A program made the translations under genes and the position numbers. DNA of 20,000 bases from Rozella allomycis CSF55 (taxonomy: Eukaryota). The stretch is from NCBI GenBank assembly GCA_000442015.1, contig KE561145.1, positions 58,061 to 78,060 of the forward strand. Reading direction: 5' to 3'. The notes under the pieces are model-generated. The model was not told the origin of the DNA and did no database searches. It saw only the letters and a list, made by a program, of their open reading frames with translations. Below are positions 19,868-20,000 of the stretch, piece by piece; position 1 is the stretch's first letter; each line of letters opens with the position of its first letter.

Positions 19868-20000
19868 TGTTGTTTGGCCTGTAAAATCCGTTCGAACCAA
19901 CGAAACTAAAAATTCACTTGACTGTGGTCATAACACATTTTCTATAACGTATTTAGATTGCATCTGTTACCCAAATTGTAAAATTGCGTTTAAGTCTGTT
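19868..20000 (+). pseudogene. Decayed RING-HC zinc-finger coding fragment
   Basis: CCLACK, then a frameshift, then LDCGHNTF(S)IT(Y)LDCIC(Y)PNCK. The three missing Cys positions are TCT, TAT and TAC, each one substitution from a Cys codon. Confidence 0.45.

Noticed and set aside
1-20000. Alternative genetic code, or pseudogenes, explaining the fragmented ORFs
   Set aside because: The frame breaks in the host genes are resolved by tiny introns under the standard code.
1-20000. tRNA, rRNA or snRNA genes
   Set aside because: No recognisable cloverleaf or conserved RNA motifs seen by eye; a covariance-model scan was not possible.

Overview
AT-rich, very gene-dense eukaryotic DNA. About 14 protein-coding genes fill 1-19049, broken by roughly 50 tiny spliceosomal introns (almost all 25-32 nt). 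Most intergenic gaps are 1-230 nt. In order, the genes are OTU1 (3' end), ATP12, a TALE homeobox gene, BDF1, an orphan, a CDK9/BUR1-type kinase, a DOMON-cytochrome b561-cytochrome b5-FAD/NAD reductase fusion, DBR1, ATG101 (absent from the ORF track), a coiled-coil protein, a RasGEF, a CFAP73/CCDC42 flagellar protein, eIF5A, NUR1 and HEM2. Fungal-type genes, a flagellar gene, tiny introns and CCC motifs near start codons suggest an early-diverging zoosporic fungus such as Rozella/Cryptomycota (inference only). The most striking protein is the intronless 741-aa fusion, which looks like a self-contained NAD(P)H-to-exterior transmembrane electron wire. Other highlights are a probable GT-TG intron in the kinase, clustered TGACA sites upstream of the TALE gene, and a HINE/DINE-1-like element just upstream of HEM2. 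The right end holds nested transposon debris: a Gypsy LTR, PPT and integrase relic, then a ~21-bp-phased repeat array and a decayed RING finger. All exon structures were inferred by hand.
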